Shown: positions 12,732 through 25,897 of the stretch, piece by piece | Layout of the letters: every line of letters begins with the position of its first letter | How positions within the stretch are numbered: position 1 is the first letter of the stretch | Assembly: GCF_036321535.1 (NCBI RefSeq) | Contig: NC_087437.1 | Coordinates: 45,076,001 to 45,140,000, forward strand | Origin: Camelus dromedarius | Lineage: Eukaryota | DNA: 64,000 nucleotides | Direction: 5' to 3' | Translations under genes and position numbers: made by a program | The notes under the pieces: generated by a model | What the model was told of the DNA's origin: nothing | The model's input: only the letters and a program-made list of their open reading frames with translations | Database searches by the model: none

Positions 12732-14239
12732 TGTGTAAATATGTTTAACTCTAATAACTTTATAGACCTTTGCAAATGCTTGAAAATTTCCAATAAACTA
12801 CATTAACTGTCAAAATTTGTCATTACATTGTGACTTTGTTAATTATAATCCAGGTAGTGATATGGGATACATTGTTCTAATACAGAATAGTTTAAAATAT
12901 TTCCTTTAAAATCTTTCTTCAAAAAACATTCATGTATTAAATTTAATAAAAGCCTATCTCCTCTTCATTGGTTGAGGGTTTTCCATGCTTTTCTGTTTAT
13001 GGCACACATGACTTTTATTTAACTCCGCCTAGATGGACTCATATTTTAATTATAGTTGCAGTTATATATATTAAAACAGATCTAATTCATTATTTGGACA
13101 AAAGTCAATCATTTAATTAAAACTCATATTATTTACCAGAAAGTATATACTAGTAAAAGTAAAATCAAGGGATAGTGTTCTTCTAAAATATTATTTTAGG
13201 ATAACATCTGTTCTGTGTCAGTTTTCTTTTTTGAATCCACATTTAATTTGGGACTAGTGTGTGCAAGTTCCAAATCAAACCATGTTTCATATATTTGTTT
13301 TTAAATAACTACAACAAAAAAATTATTTCAGTTAAAAAAATTGGCTTCCAAGTGATACCTAGAAATGTTTCATATCATTTAAATAATTAAAATACCAGTT
13401 TTTCTAAATCAGAGAAAATTTTAAACATGCTAATTAAAACATCTTCTTAAGCTTTAAAAATCAATACTCGATATTTCCACAAGTTCTACTTGGATAGTAC
13501 TTGATAGATAAGTGGACCATCTTTTTTTTTTCACCCTTGAACTATAAAATATATTTTTCAAAAACAGATACGTGAATGTTTTGTTGCCTTTTGTTACTTT
13601 CAGGACAAACCTCAGACCTTAGAGAGGTCTCGATTATCTGAATTCCTTCCACACCTGGTTTCCAACTTACCTTTCCTGCCTATTTCTTTACAGGCCTCAT
13701 AAACCCTGCACAGAACCAGCAGGTCCTAAAGCTCCCCTGCTCTATCACGGCGATGTGTATCTGCCTAAAATATTCTTTATCCTGTTTTTAAGACGAAAAG
13801 CTGTTCTAAGATGTGCTAGACACTGATAATATAGAAAGAATGAGACAGTTTCTGTTCTTAAAGGGCTTTACTGCTCTTTCTGAGCTCTGTTCAGTCATCT
13901 TCTGAAATCGTTCTTCACATCTCAAGATAAAGTTAAGTACATTTTCTGAATCCTACATCTCCGTTCCCACGCCTCCATTGTAACTATAAACTCCGTTATT
14001 CTGTAACTTAGTAAACTATTCATATTATATCTACCTATTCTTTTGTGAGTTACTTAAGGAAAAAGACTCTTGTATTTCCTCCTCTTAGTCTGGCTCACTG
14101 TACTTACTTAAATAAATTTTGGTGAATTGATCATAAATAAATGCTAAACCTAAAAGTAAAGCAAGTTCTAAAATGGAAAATACATAGTAGGTCTATATAT
14201 AAAGCATTGTTTTATTTTTTCCCTATATTTACATTCACT

Positions 14240-15190
14240 GAGAGATGACTGTTGAAACTCTTCAATTTGTCTATTTATTTTTCCTCTTGGTTCTTTTAAT
14301 TTTTGCATTATATATTTTGAAACTATAATGTTATTTCACATAAATATAGAATTGTTAAATGTTCTTGGTGGATTGATCATTTTGTTACTATAAAATTTCC
14401 TCTTTGTCTCTAGTAATAATTTCTACTATATAGCATACTGTACCTGATACCGCTGTAGCTAAACCAGTTATTTCTGTTAGTGTTGGCTGGTATATATCTA
14501 TTTTCAATCTTCGTGTTTCCTTAGTATTTAAGACCTTTTTTTAAGCAGCATATAGGTGGTTTTGTTTTTGTATTCAGCCACATAATCTTTGTCTTTCACT
14601 TGGAATATTTAATATGTTTATATTTAATGTAATTACTGATATGTTTGGGTTTAACTCTACAAATTGGCTACTGATCTTCTGTTTGTCCCAAATATTCAAG
14701 TTTACTTTATGACTCTTTTATTTTTCTCTTGAATTAAGTATTACTATGACGTTTTGTGCTTTCTATTTTATTATCTTCTTAGTGATACAATATTTTACTC
14801 TTATTATAGTGAAAACCTAAGATAATATAAAATGTTATACAAACTTACTAAGACTAATAAAATTGTACTTGTACCATTTTCCAGACAATACTAAGACTTT
14901 TGAATACTTTCAATTACTACCAGTCCCCTTTATGCTAATGTTAACATGTAATATATACATACACATATATATATATTTTGAAAACCAAAAACATCATTAC
15001 TATTATTTTAAGTATTTGTTATTTATTTAAATCTACATATATATTTTAACTTTTTCTTGCTCTTCAGTTTTAATCATATGTTCCTGCTTTTAATTTGTGA
15101 TAATTTGTCTTCTGGAGTATATCCTTTAACGCAAATCTCCTGATGGCAACTTCACTCCATTTTTATTTGTCTTAATGTCTAAAATATCAA
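14240..15190 (-). mobile_element. Decayed L1M (ORF2 start / inter-ORF region)
   Basis: T-rich antisense L1 motifs: aagcagcatataggtgg...ttcagccacataatctttgtctttcacttggaatatttaatatgtttatatttaatgtaatt. Confidence 0.65.
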
Positions 15191-16379
15191 TATTTAACTG
15201 TAAATAGATATATGTATAAAATTATGCACACACATATATAATGATATACAAATATTTATAAATTTTAACAATTACAGTTTCTGATTTAATTAGTATATCA
15301 TTATCACTTGTATGGATAGAATAATGTATTATGCTAAAACCACAATCCAAAGTACATTTTCACTCAATTGGTTTCTTAATTATTCAGAATAATTAACTTG
15401 CTTCAATGTGGACCCTTTTATTCAGCAAATTTGTTTTCTTTTAAATGGTAAATTATTATATTTTAAGTATTGAGAATTTTAAATTTGCAGTATTATTCAC
15501 AATATTGTCAGGAGTTATATATGAAAAATTAATTTCCAGAAATTGTATCTTGATTTTTTTTAATTTGATGAAAAACATCAAGCTATTCTTAGAATTAATT
15601 TCACCGATGGTCTTTCTAAAATATCTGATGACACTAACAAAAATAAAATTGGTATAATTTGACTATATGGAAGTTCTTTCTGCTAATAGAACCAAATTGT
15701 AAACAAGTGTTGCTTCACTTTCTAGTTGCAAAAGAAAGCTTGGAAGAGAAAATCATCAAATGTATTTCCAAATTGTTTAATCTAAATGAATATCATGCTT
15801 CATAGAGAAATATGTAAATGCATTTTCTGAAGCTATAAGCAGTTGATCATGTTTAATAGAAATTATTTTGTATAGAATAATACTTTTTAAGCAAAAAACA
15901 AATTTTCTTCTGCTTTTATGGCTTTAATAGAGTCACTGATACCATGACGTCAGCCTGGTAAATGTAAAATTCTGGCGTCTAGTTTGTATTAAACATTCAT
16001 CATAAATTTGGAAAAGCTGATACTTATTTTTTCAACCAAATATGTGGTTTCAATTTTTTTAGTGAATTGCTACTGAAAGGGTTTACTGCAAATTAAAAAA
16101 TGTATTACTAAAAATGTGGTATTAAATAATAATTTAATATTTACATCATATAATTAATAGCAAAATCATTGTAGTAAGAGCATTCTGACTATTTACTCTA
16201 GACACTATTTTGGGACATCCCAATCTCTTATTTTCTGCACATTTTGTGTACCTCTAACCAATATCTACTCACATTTTCCACTGACTTCCGCAACCAACAG
16301 CGTAGCAACTTTGAGTATGGGAGAGCCTGGCAATATCTGCCCAGCAGAATTCCAGAATGACTTTTTACCAGTGATTGAT

Positions 16380-16962
16380 TGCTGTGTCTCTCTCATACTT
16401 CATTCACAAGCCTCTAGATCAAAATACACCTTATCCTGAATTTCAAGTCTGATGTCATGTTGGAAAGAAACTTCTGAAGGTCTGGGGGATGGGTGAATAT
16501 ATTGCACATGTGGAAGGGATGAGAATATGCTTGAGGGTGGATTATGGTAGATTACAAAAAAATTCCCAATTCCTCCCCCTTCCCTGTATCCATGAACTCT
16601 GTCATATAACTTTGTAGTGACCTTCCATGTGACTTGAGGCTTATAAAGCACTGGCATGTACTCTGGTTTTTTTCTCATCTGCCTTCACCATGAGAAGATG
16701 CTTCAGCTAGCCTGCCAGAGGGAAGTGAGAGGAGTCTGGAGCAGAGCCTGGCCATCCTAGCCCATAGCCAGATGATCCACAAGAGGCTTGAGTCCCCCGC
16801 CTTTGCTGATTCTCAGACACGTGAGCAAGCCCTTTGAGAACAGATCCACTGACCCGAAATCTCTGAACTTCAAACTCATGAACTTCATAAATTATTGTTG
16901 TATGCCACTGAGGTTTTATGGTTGTTTACCACATAGTATTACTGTGACAATAGATCAGTGAT
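16380..16962 (+). mobile_element. MaLR internal 3' end plus LTR (MLT1G/H-like)
   Basis: A purine tract (gagggtggat) precedes the LTR start tatggtagattacaaaa at ~16543. The LTR ends tatgccactgaggttttatggttgtttaccacatag...caatagatcagtgata. Confidence 0.7.
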
Positions 16963-16989
16963 ATTGAAATAAGGAATGCTTGATAGAAT

Positions 16990-17105
16990 TTTTCACATCA
17001 GGAAGCTTGCACAAGATTTTCCAAATCTGTCTAACTAGTAGGAGGCAGAACTAGGAATAAATCAACATGTTCTTACCTCCAGAATAGCCCCTTCATCACT
17101 ACATG
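16990..17105 (-). mobile_element. MIR fragment
   Basis: aactagtaggaggcagaactaggaataaatcaacatgttcttacctccaga resembles antisense MIR 5' region. Confidence 0.45.
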
Positions 17106-17665
17106 TGTAAGCAATATCCTTAAATCCTTTCTGTTTCTGAAATGGTTTTAATATAATTATTTCTTAGATAATCTAAAGATAATTTTTTAGGACTTAAATC
17201 ATAGCTTTCATTTTCCTTTCCAATGCAAATCCACTTTAAGTTCATCCAATTTTCACATTCTTTCTTACCGTTTTATTTCATCTTCTAGTATCACACAAGG
17301 AAATAAAAATTGGAAAATATCAGTGAAAGTCTTATCTACCCTCCTCTTTAGAAACGATGCATTTTGATTTTAAGATTAAAGATTCTAAAGAGATATTTGA
17401 ACTTAATATTAATTGAGTGACTTCTAGTGTTTTGATGTCAGAAACAGTATTTCTTTGAATCCTCAAGGTGTCTGTTTTTGTAGAGTATGTGTGGATTTTC
17501 TTCGGAAAAAAAATCGAGTGAGATGGAGATGCATAGGTACTAATGTTTAGCAACATGACAATATTGTGACCTAAGGCTAAACACTGGTTAATGTCACACT
17601 ACAGAGGATGTCAATAATCAAATTCAGTAATTAAGGTCTTTTATGCCATTTAAATGAAATAGTAT

Positions 17666-17808
17666 CAGTGAGTGATTCTTCACTTTGGCTTGCATTAGAG
17701 TCACCTTGGGGAACTTAGAGGCACAGCCCCTAGTTCCTGATATAACTGGCTTCAGGTAAAATGCCAGTCAAGTGTTCCAGGTGATTTTAATGTACATTTA
17801 GGGTGGGT
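17666..17808. mobile_element. MER5-family hAT-Charlie DNA transposon, cut off by the adjacent L1
   Basis: gattcttcactttggcttgcattagagtcacct...ccaggtgattttaatgtacat. Confidence 0.6.
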
Positions 17809-17818
17809 TAAAAAATAG

Positions 17819-18335
17819 TAGAACGTCATTCTAAGTGAAGTAAGCCAGAAAGAGAAAGAAAAATACCATATGATATCACTTATACGTGGAATCTAAAAAA
17901 AAAATTTTTTTTTAAAGACAAATTTATTTAAAAAACAGAAACAGACTCCTAGACATAGAAAACAAACTTACGGCTACCAGGAAGGAAGGAGATGGGAAGG
18001 GATAAACTGGGAGTTCATGATTTGCAGATACTTATATAAAATAGATAAACAACAAGTTTATACTACATAGCACAGGGAACTATATTCAATATCTTGTAGT
18101 AACTTATGGTGAAAAAGAATATGAAAATTAATATATGTATGTTCCTATATGACTGAAGCATTGTGCTGTACACCAGAAATTGACACAACATTGTACTTCA
18201 AAAAATATATATATAAAGAAACTGAAAAAATATGTATGTATGTATATGTATAACTGAATCACTTTGCTGTACACCTGACACTAACATTGTAAATCAACCA
18301 CACTTCAATAAAAAAATTTTAATTAAAAAAATAAA
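17819..18335 (+). mobile_element. 5'-truncated lineage-specific L1 3' end followed by a second, different L1 tail
   Basis: gtcattctaagtgaagtaagccagaaagagaaagaaaaataccatatgatatcac... is highly similar to the L1 ends at ~21130-21540 and ~49895-50290. A second tail lies at 18235-18335. Confidence 0.9.
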
Positions 18336-18677
18336 AGCTATTAAATATTTATTGTTGTGTGTAAGTTAAAATTATTTGATACTTGATGAGATATCTTGAA
18401 TTTGAGTATTGTGGAATTTCATACTAGTTAACTGCTTTTGTTCTCTATTGCCTCTCAAGCAAATATAATGTTATCTTGTACATGAGGTGTGCACAATTAA
18501 TAGAGTTTAACAGTATATAAATGAAGAATGAATGAATAAATAAATGAATACATGAAGCACACATACTCAAGCTATAGTTGTTCTAGGAAATGACAATACC
18601 TCATAAAACATTAACAGAAACATTGTTATATGAGTTTGTAAATCAGACTTTTTGTGTTCTTCCTTTACTCTAATTTA

Positions 18678-18863
18678 ATGATTCTCAATCTTTATTGCAT
18701 ATTTGAATCATTTGGAGGCTTTTTATAACACATATTGCTAGGCTCCAACCCCAGAGTTTCTGATTCTCTAAGTCTGGACTGAAGCTAGTGAATTCGCATT
18801 TGTAACAAGTTCCCAAAAGACACCAAAGCTGCTTGTCAGGGGCCACACTCTAAGAACTGCTGC
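18678..18863. mobile_element. MER5A DNA transposon
   Basis: gattctcaatc...gaatcatttggagg...gctaggctccaaccccagagtttctgattc...gcatttgtaacaagttccc...ccacactctaagaactgctg. Confidence 0.8.
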
Positions 18864-18889
18864 TCAAACGCATACATAGTGCCTCTCTG

Positions 18890-19150
18890 TGACATCTCTG
18901 CAGTTATCCAAAGCCCTTCACAAAGGTGTGCCATACCCCACCTGCCTGATGCGCTGGTATCACTTGGCTCTCATATCACCAGTGGGAACTGCAGTGCCAG
19001 GAAATTCACAATGATACTCTGGCTCCTGCTATGCTGTGACTAATGCCATGCTTTGTATCTGACCCAGGGGTCTCAAGTCTTCTGCCAGTACTCATTAAAT
19101 TGTGAATTTGCAAGTAGGGCAAAATCTCCGGTCAGTCACCACTCTTGACA
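18890..19150 (+). mobile_element. 3' part of an old ERV LTR (subfamily uncertain)
   Basis: tctgacccaggggtctcaagtcttctgccag...ttgcaagtagggcaaaatctc...ctcttgaca, ending in CA. Confidence 0.5.
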
Positions 19151-19619
19151 GTACATATTAAAATATAAAGTCAGTTTCAGGACTTCTTTACAGCATGGTG
19201 AACAGCAGATTTCCGGGCATGTTGTAACACTGACATTGAAAAGATCTATAGCATTTTTAATTGGAAGCCCTGAATAGTTAATTTTCCTTCAGAAATTTTC
19301 AGCTTTCAGTTTAAGTGGGATTCTTAGAGCTTATAATTCATTAAAAAAAAAGAAAAGGAAAAGAAATGGTGAATTTTGTCACAGTTGAGCCAGAAGAAAT
19401 GTGCTGCCTGACTTTTCTTAGATGCTAGTTATTCATTGTAGACCTATCTCTATAAACAAACAGCAACAATAAAAGTAGATCAAATGGTTTCAGTAATTTC
19501 ACCAAATGGATCGTCATCCAGACAGAGTTTATGGCTGGCCTCTGAGATAAACTCAGCACAGAACATGTGGGTTAGTATCTATCAAGATTTAGAGGAGGAC
19601 TGGTATAATTCTTTTCCCA

Positions 19620-19745
19620 CAATTTTTTTCCAGTTTCACTGAGATACAACTGACATACATCACTGTATAAGTTTAAGGTGTATGACATAATGGTTAGACT
19701 TATATGTATTGTGAAATAATTACTGTAATAAATCCCCCATCATTT
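19620..19745 (-). mobile_element. L1MA9/10-like 3' end fragment
   Basis: tgagatacaactgacatacatcactgtataagtttaaggtgtatgacataatg. Confidence 0.65.
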
Positions 19746-20059
19746 AAAATAAACTATTTTTAGAGCAGTTTTACGTTCATTCATAGTAATATTAAGCAAA
19801 GAGTATAGCCATTTCCCATATACTCCCTGCTCCCACACACAGATAGGTTCTTCTATTATCAACATTCCCCACTAGAGTGGTACATTTGTTACAGCTGATG
19901 AACCTACCTTGACATGTTGTTGTTACCCAGAGACCATTGTTAACATTAGGGTTTACTCTTGGTGTTGTACATTCTATGGGTTTTGACAAATTTATAATGA
20001 CATGTATTTATCATTATATTATCACACAGTATTTTCACTGCCTTAAAAAAATCCCTTTG

Positions 20060-21192
20060 GAAGTGAAAGACATGTGGAGAACTATAAAACACTGACTAAG
20101 GAAATTGAAGATGACTTAAAGAAATGGAAAACTATCCTATGTTCTTGGATTGGAAGACTTAATATTGTTAAAATGGCCATACCACTCAAAGCAAACTACA
20201 GATTTAAATGTGATCCCTATCAAATTACCCAGGACATTTTTCACAGAACTAGAACAAATAGTCCTAAAATTTATATGGAATCAGAAAAGACCCAGAATTG
20301 CCAAAGCATTACTGAAGAAGAAGAAAGAAGCTAGAGGAATAACCTTCTGAGGCTTTAGACAAAACTACAGAGCAGGGCTATCTACCCAAAGAATAGAAAT
20401 AAAAGCAAAAATAAACAAATGGGACCTAATAAAACTTAGAAGCTTTTGTACAGCAAAGGAAACCATAAGCAATACAAAAAGACTACCTACGGAATGGGAG
20501 AAAATATTTGCAGAAGTTGAGATTGACAAGGGCTTAATTTCCAGAATATATAAACAGCTCATACAACTTAATAAGAAAAAAACAAACAATCCAATTCAAA
20601 ATGGGCAGAAGACCTAAATAAGCAGTTCTCCAATGAAGACATATAAATGGCCAACAGGCACATGAAAAAATGCTCAATATCGCTAATTATCAGAGAAATG
20701 CAAATCAAAACTGCGAGATATCACCTCACACCAGTCAGAATGGCCATCCTTCAAAAGTCCACAAGTGATAAATGCTGGAGAGGCTGTGGAGAAAAGGAAA
20801 GCCTCCTAAACTGTTGGTGTAGTTTGGTGCAGCCATTATGGAAAACAATGTGGAGATTCCTAAAAAGACTAAAAATAGACTTACCATATGACCCAGCAAT
20901 CACATTCCTGGGCATATATCCAGAAGGAACCTTAATTCAAAAAGATACACACACCCCAATTTTCATAGCAGCACTATTTACAATAGCCAAGACATGGAAA
21001 CAACCTAAATGTCCATCAACAGATGACTGGATAAAGAAGCTGTGGTGTATTTATACAACGGAATACTATTCAGCCATAAAAAAGAATAAAATAATACCAT
21101 TTGCAGCAACGTGGATGGACGTGGAAAACATCATTCTAAGTGAAATAAGCCAGAAAGAGAAAAATACCATGTGATATCACTTATACATGGAA

Positions 21193-21223
<31 letters not shown>

Positions 21224-21546
21224 GACAAACAAACTTATTTACAAAACAGAAACAGACTCACAGACATAGAAAACAAACTTATGGTTACCGGAGCAGAAGG
21301 GAGTGGGAAGGGATAAATTGGGAGTTTGAGATTTGCAGATATTAACTACTATATACAAACTACATAAACAACAAGTTTATACTGTATAGCACAGGGAACT
21401 ATACTCAATATCTTATAGTAACTTATAGTGAAGAAGAATATGAAAATGAATATATGTATGTTCCTATATGACTGAAGCATTGTACTGTACACCAGAAATC
21501 AACACAACATTGTAAAACTGACTATACATCAATAAAAAAAAAAAAA
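20060..21546 (+). mobile_element. 5'-truncated lineage-specific L1 (broken ORF2 C-terminal part, 3' UTR, poly-A)
   Basis: ORFs [50 protein letters not shown] and [17 protein letters not shown]...CWRGCGEK are L1 ORF2p motifs. Poly-A at ~21534-21546. Confidence 0.95.
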
Positions 21547-23574
21547 CTCATGTGTTTCAAGTATTCATCCCTCTCCCCAACCCAACCACTAATAACCATA
21601 GATCTTTTTATTGTCTTCTAAAATTTTGCCTTTTTTCAGAATATTATATAGTTGCACTCATATAGTATGTGTTTTTTGTTTGTTTTTTTTTTTCAGATTG
21701 GCTGCTTTCAGTACTATGCATTTAAGGTTCCTCCATGTCTTTTAATGGATTGACAACTCATTTCTTTTTAGTGCTTAATAATATTCCATTGTGGATGTAC
21801 CACAGTTTATTAATCCATCACCTACTGAAAGACACTTGGATTCTACCAAATTTGGGTAATTATGAATAAAGCTGCTATAAGTATCCATGTGTAGATATTG
21901 TATGGACATAAGCCTTTAACTCTTTTGGATAAATACCGAGGAGTACAATTTACTGCAAATTATGGTAAGAGTATGATTTAGCTTTGTATGAAACTGTCAG
22001 AGTGTCTACCATTTTGCATTCTGACCAGCAAGGAGAGTTTCTGTAACTCTACATGCCTGCCAGTATTTGATGTTGTCAGTGTTTCAGATTTTGGCCATTC
22101 TTATGGGCATATGGTAGAATCTCATTGTTGTTTTAGTTTGCATTTCTTTGATGATATATGATATTGATCATCTTTTGACAGGCATATTTGTCATCTATGT
22201 ATCTTTTTTACTTAGGGTTCTGTGTAGATTTTCGGCTCATTTTTTAACTGGGTTGTTTGGTTTCTTATTGTTGAGTTTAATAAGAGTTATTTGTGTACTT
22301 TGGATACAAGCCATTTATTAGACATATGTTTTGCCAATATTTTCTCTCAGTCTGTGGTTTGTCATTTTCTTAACAGTGTCCTTCACAAAACAGAAAATTT
22401 TAATAAAATCCAGCTCATCAATAATATCATGGATCATACCTTGGGTATTATATCTAAAAAGTCATCATTAAAGCAAAGGTCATGTAGATTTTCTCCTATG
22501 TTATCTCCTTGGAGTTTTATGGTTTTCTATTTTACATTTATGTCTGTGATCTATTTTTAGTTTATTTTTCTGAGGGATGTAAGGTCTGTGATTAACTTTT
22601 CTGCATGTGGATGTACAGTTGTTTCAGCACCATTTATTGAAAGGTCTACCTTTGTTCCAATGTATTACCTTTGCTTCTTCTTCAAAGATCAGACAATTAC
22701 ATATAGGGGGATCTACTTCTGGGCTCTTTAATATGTTCCCTTAATCTATTTGTCTATTATTTCACTAATATCACTCTGTCTTGATTACTGCAGCTTCACA
22801 GTATGTCTTGAAGTTGAATAGTGCCAGTCCTCCAACTTTGTTCTTAACTTTCAATATTGTGTTGGCTATTTTGGGTCTTTTGCCTACCAAAACACTTTAT
22901 AATCAATATGTCAATATTCACAAAGCAACTTTTTAGGATTTTGAATGGAACTGCACTGAATCTAGAGATCAGGTTGGCAAGAAGTGACACTTGGACAATA
23001 TTGGGCCTTCATATTCATGAGTATGGAGTATCTCTCCATTTATGTAGTTCTTCTTTGAATTTTTTCATCATTATTTTGTAGTTTTCCTCATACAAATCTA
23101 GTATTTTGATAAATTTATGCCTGTGTATTTCATTTGGGGGGCTCTAACATAAATTATATTTTTAATTTCAACTTCATTTGTTCATTGTTCGTGTATAGGA
23201 ATTCAATTGACTTTTGTATGTTAATCATGTATTTTGCAACTTTATATAATAGCTTATTAGTTCCAGGAGTTTTTTGTCAATTATTTCAGATTCCTTACAA
23301 AGATCATCATGTTATCTGCATACAGTTTTTTTTCTCCCCAATTTGTAATCCTTTTATTTTCTTTCCTTATCTTACTGCATTAGCTACGACTTCTTGTACA
23401 ATGAGGAAAAGAAGTGGTGAGAGGGGACATCTTTGCCTTGTCCTTGACCTTAGTGGAAATGCTTTGAGTTTCTTACCAAGAATATGTAGTTAGCTGTAGA
23501 GTTTTGTAGGTATTCTTTAGCAAGATGTGGAAGTTCCCATATGACTAAATTTTCTCTCCTTTCTTAGCATTTCA

Positions 23575-23578
<4 letters not shown>

Positions 23579-23629
<51 letters not shown>
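23579..23629. repeat. (TA)17 followed by a T run
   Basis: Read directly from the sequence. Confidence 0.95.
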
Positions 23630-24077
23630 ACTTTTTTAGTGATTGTCCTAGAGTTTGCAACATATGTTTACAACTAATTCAGATTTATTTTCAAATAACA
23701 TTACTACTTCGCAGGTAGAGTGGGTACCTTATAATAATAAAATATTTCTAATTCCTTCCACCTATCCCTTATATCATTGTGGTCTACCACTTCACTTATA
23801 TATAAGTATACATGAGAGAGTGTGTGTGTGGGTGGGTGTATATATATACACATATACATATATGTATATATGGAAAGAGAGTATATATATATAAATAGCT
23901 GATATTATTTTTTAAACTATTATATCAATTAAGAATAAAAATAAACATTTTTATTTTACCTTCACTTATTCTCTAATGCTCTTCCTTTCTTTATGTAGAT
24001 CCAAGTTTCTGACTTTTATCATTTTCCTCCTCTCTAAAAAACATCTTTTAGAATTTCTTGAAAGGCAGGTATACTGG

Positions 24078-24117
24078 CAAACAAAACGAAACAAAACAAA
24101 ACAAAACAAAACAAAAC
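24078..24117. repeat. (AAAAC)n microsatellite, ~8 units
   Basis: Read directly from the sequence. Confidence 0.9.
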
Positions 24118-25523
24118 CTTAATTTTCATTTGTCTAAGAAAGCTTTTATTTCTGCTTTACTTTTGAAGGATAATTTTGTAGGATACAGAATTCTAGGTTG
24201 GCTTTTTTTCCCTCTCAACATTTCAAGTATTTTACCCTACTGTTTTTGCTCGCATAGTTTCTGAAAAGAAGTTGGATTTAATTCTTATTTTTGTTCCTCT
24301 GTAGGTAAGACGTTTTTCTCCCCGCTCTGGCTTCTTTTAGGATTTTTCTTTACCTTTGGTTTTCTGTAGTTTGAAAAGTATATACCTAGTTATAAATTTT
24401 GGGGCATTTATTCTGCTGGGCATTTTCTGAGCTTCCTGTGTTTGTGGATTGGTGTCATTAATTTGGGAAAATTATCCATCATTATTGTTTAAAATATTTC
24501 TTCTGCTTCTTCTCTTTCTTCTCCTCTATTATTTCCATGGCATACATGCTATACCTTTTGTAGTTTTCCCACATCTCTTAGGTGTTCCCTTCTGGGTTTT
24601 TCGGTTCTTTTTTCTGTTTGCTTCTCAGTCTTGGAGGTTTCTACTGAGATACCCTCAAGCTCACAGGCTCTTCCCTCATTTGTATCAGTCTACTGAGAAG
24701 CCCATTAAAATCATTGTTCATATCTGTTACAGTGCTGTTGATGTATAATATTTATTTTCAGTTCTTTCTCAGAATTTCCATCATTTTACTTACATTACCC
24801 ATCTGTTTTTGCATGTTGTTTACTTTATCCATTAGAGTCCTTAACATATTAACCATTTTTATTTAAATTCCTGGTCTGGTAATTCTAACATCTCTGTCAT
24901 ATCTGGATGCTTTCTTTTGTCTCTTTGAACCATGTGGGATTTTTTGTTTGTTTGTTTGTTTTTTGCCTTTTAGTGTGTCTTGTAATTTTTTTTCTTGATA
25001 GGCAGGCATGGTTTACAAGGTAAAAAGAAATGTAAACAGACTTTTAGTGATGTGGTGATAATACGTGGAGAAGGGGAGGCATTCTGTAGTCCTATGGTTA
25101 GGTCTCAGTCTATGAGTGAGCCTCTGCCTCTACACTGTAAACTTCACATTTGTTTCTCAGTCCTCCTCCCCTTTCCCCAGCCCCCACCCCACTCACGTGG
25201 GACAGGATGACTAGACTATACAGGAGTTGGGTATTTCTCTTTCTCCACATGGAAGGCTAAAACTGGCTGGTATTTCAATTCCCCCAGGTCAGTGAGGATT
25301 TGATAAAATCCCAGCAGGTTTAAGCTCTGGTTGAACAGTTTCCCCTGAGGGTAGATCTTAAGAAATACAGACTACTCTGGGGTAGCTCGGAATAGTTCCT
25401 TTTCTTCTCCCTATGCTGAAATCACAAGGGAATTTTAATCTGATGTCACACTAGGAGTACCTGACAGGCTCTAAAACTCAAAAAAGTGGATGGCTTCTCA
25501 ATGATGGGGCCTCCTTGATGTTT

Positions 25524-25897
25524 CTTATTTTTAGTATATCATTTTTTTCTTTTTTTTAAATTGAAGTACAGTTGATTTATAATGTTGTGTTAGTTTCTAA
25601 TGTACAGCAAAATGATTCAGATACATATATAGATATATGTACATACATATTCTTTTTCATACTCTTTTCCATTATGGTTTATTACAGGATATTGAACATA
25701 ATTCCCAGTGCTATAGAGTAGGATCTTGTTGTTCATCTATTTTATGTATAGTAGTTTGTATCTGCTAATCCAAAACCCCTATTTTATCCCTTCCCCACTT
25801 CCTTTCCCCTTTGATAACTGTAAGTTTGTTTTATCACTCATATGTGGAGTCTAAAATATGATACAAATGAACTTATTTACAAAAAAGGAACAGACTT
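25524..25897 (-). mobile_element. Short L1 3' end with 5' inversion (twin priming)
   Basis: T-rich tail plus antisense L1 3' UTR to 25832, then a sense L1 segment 25833-25896. TSD cttgatgttt (25514-25523) / cttgaagttt (25898-25907). Confidence 0.85.

Noticed and set aside
13580..13660. Acceptor-like ttgttactttcag
   Set aside because: No convincing donor or reading frame follows. Such tracts (also ~41059, ~54869, ~61844) are common by chance in T-rich DNA.
20647..21174. Longest ORF (175 aa) as a host gene
   Set aside because: It is the C-terminal part of L1 ORF2p in a truncated, frameshifted element.
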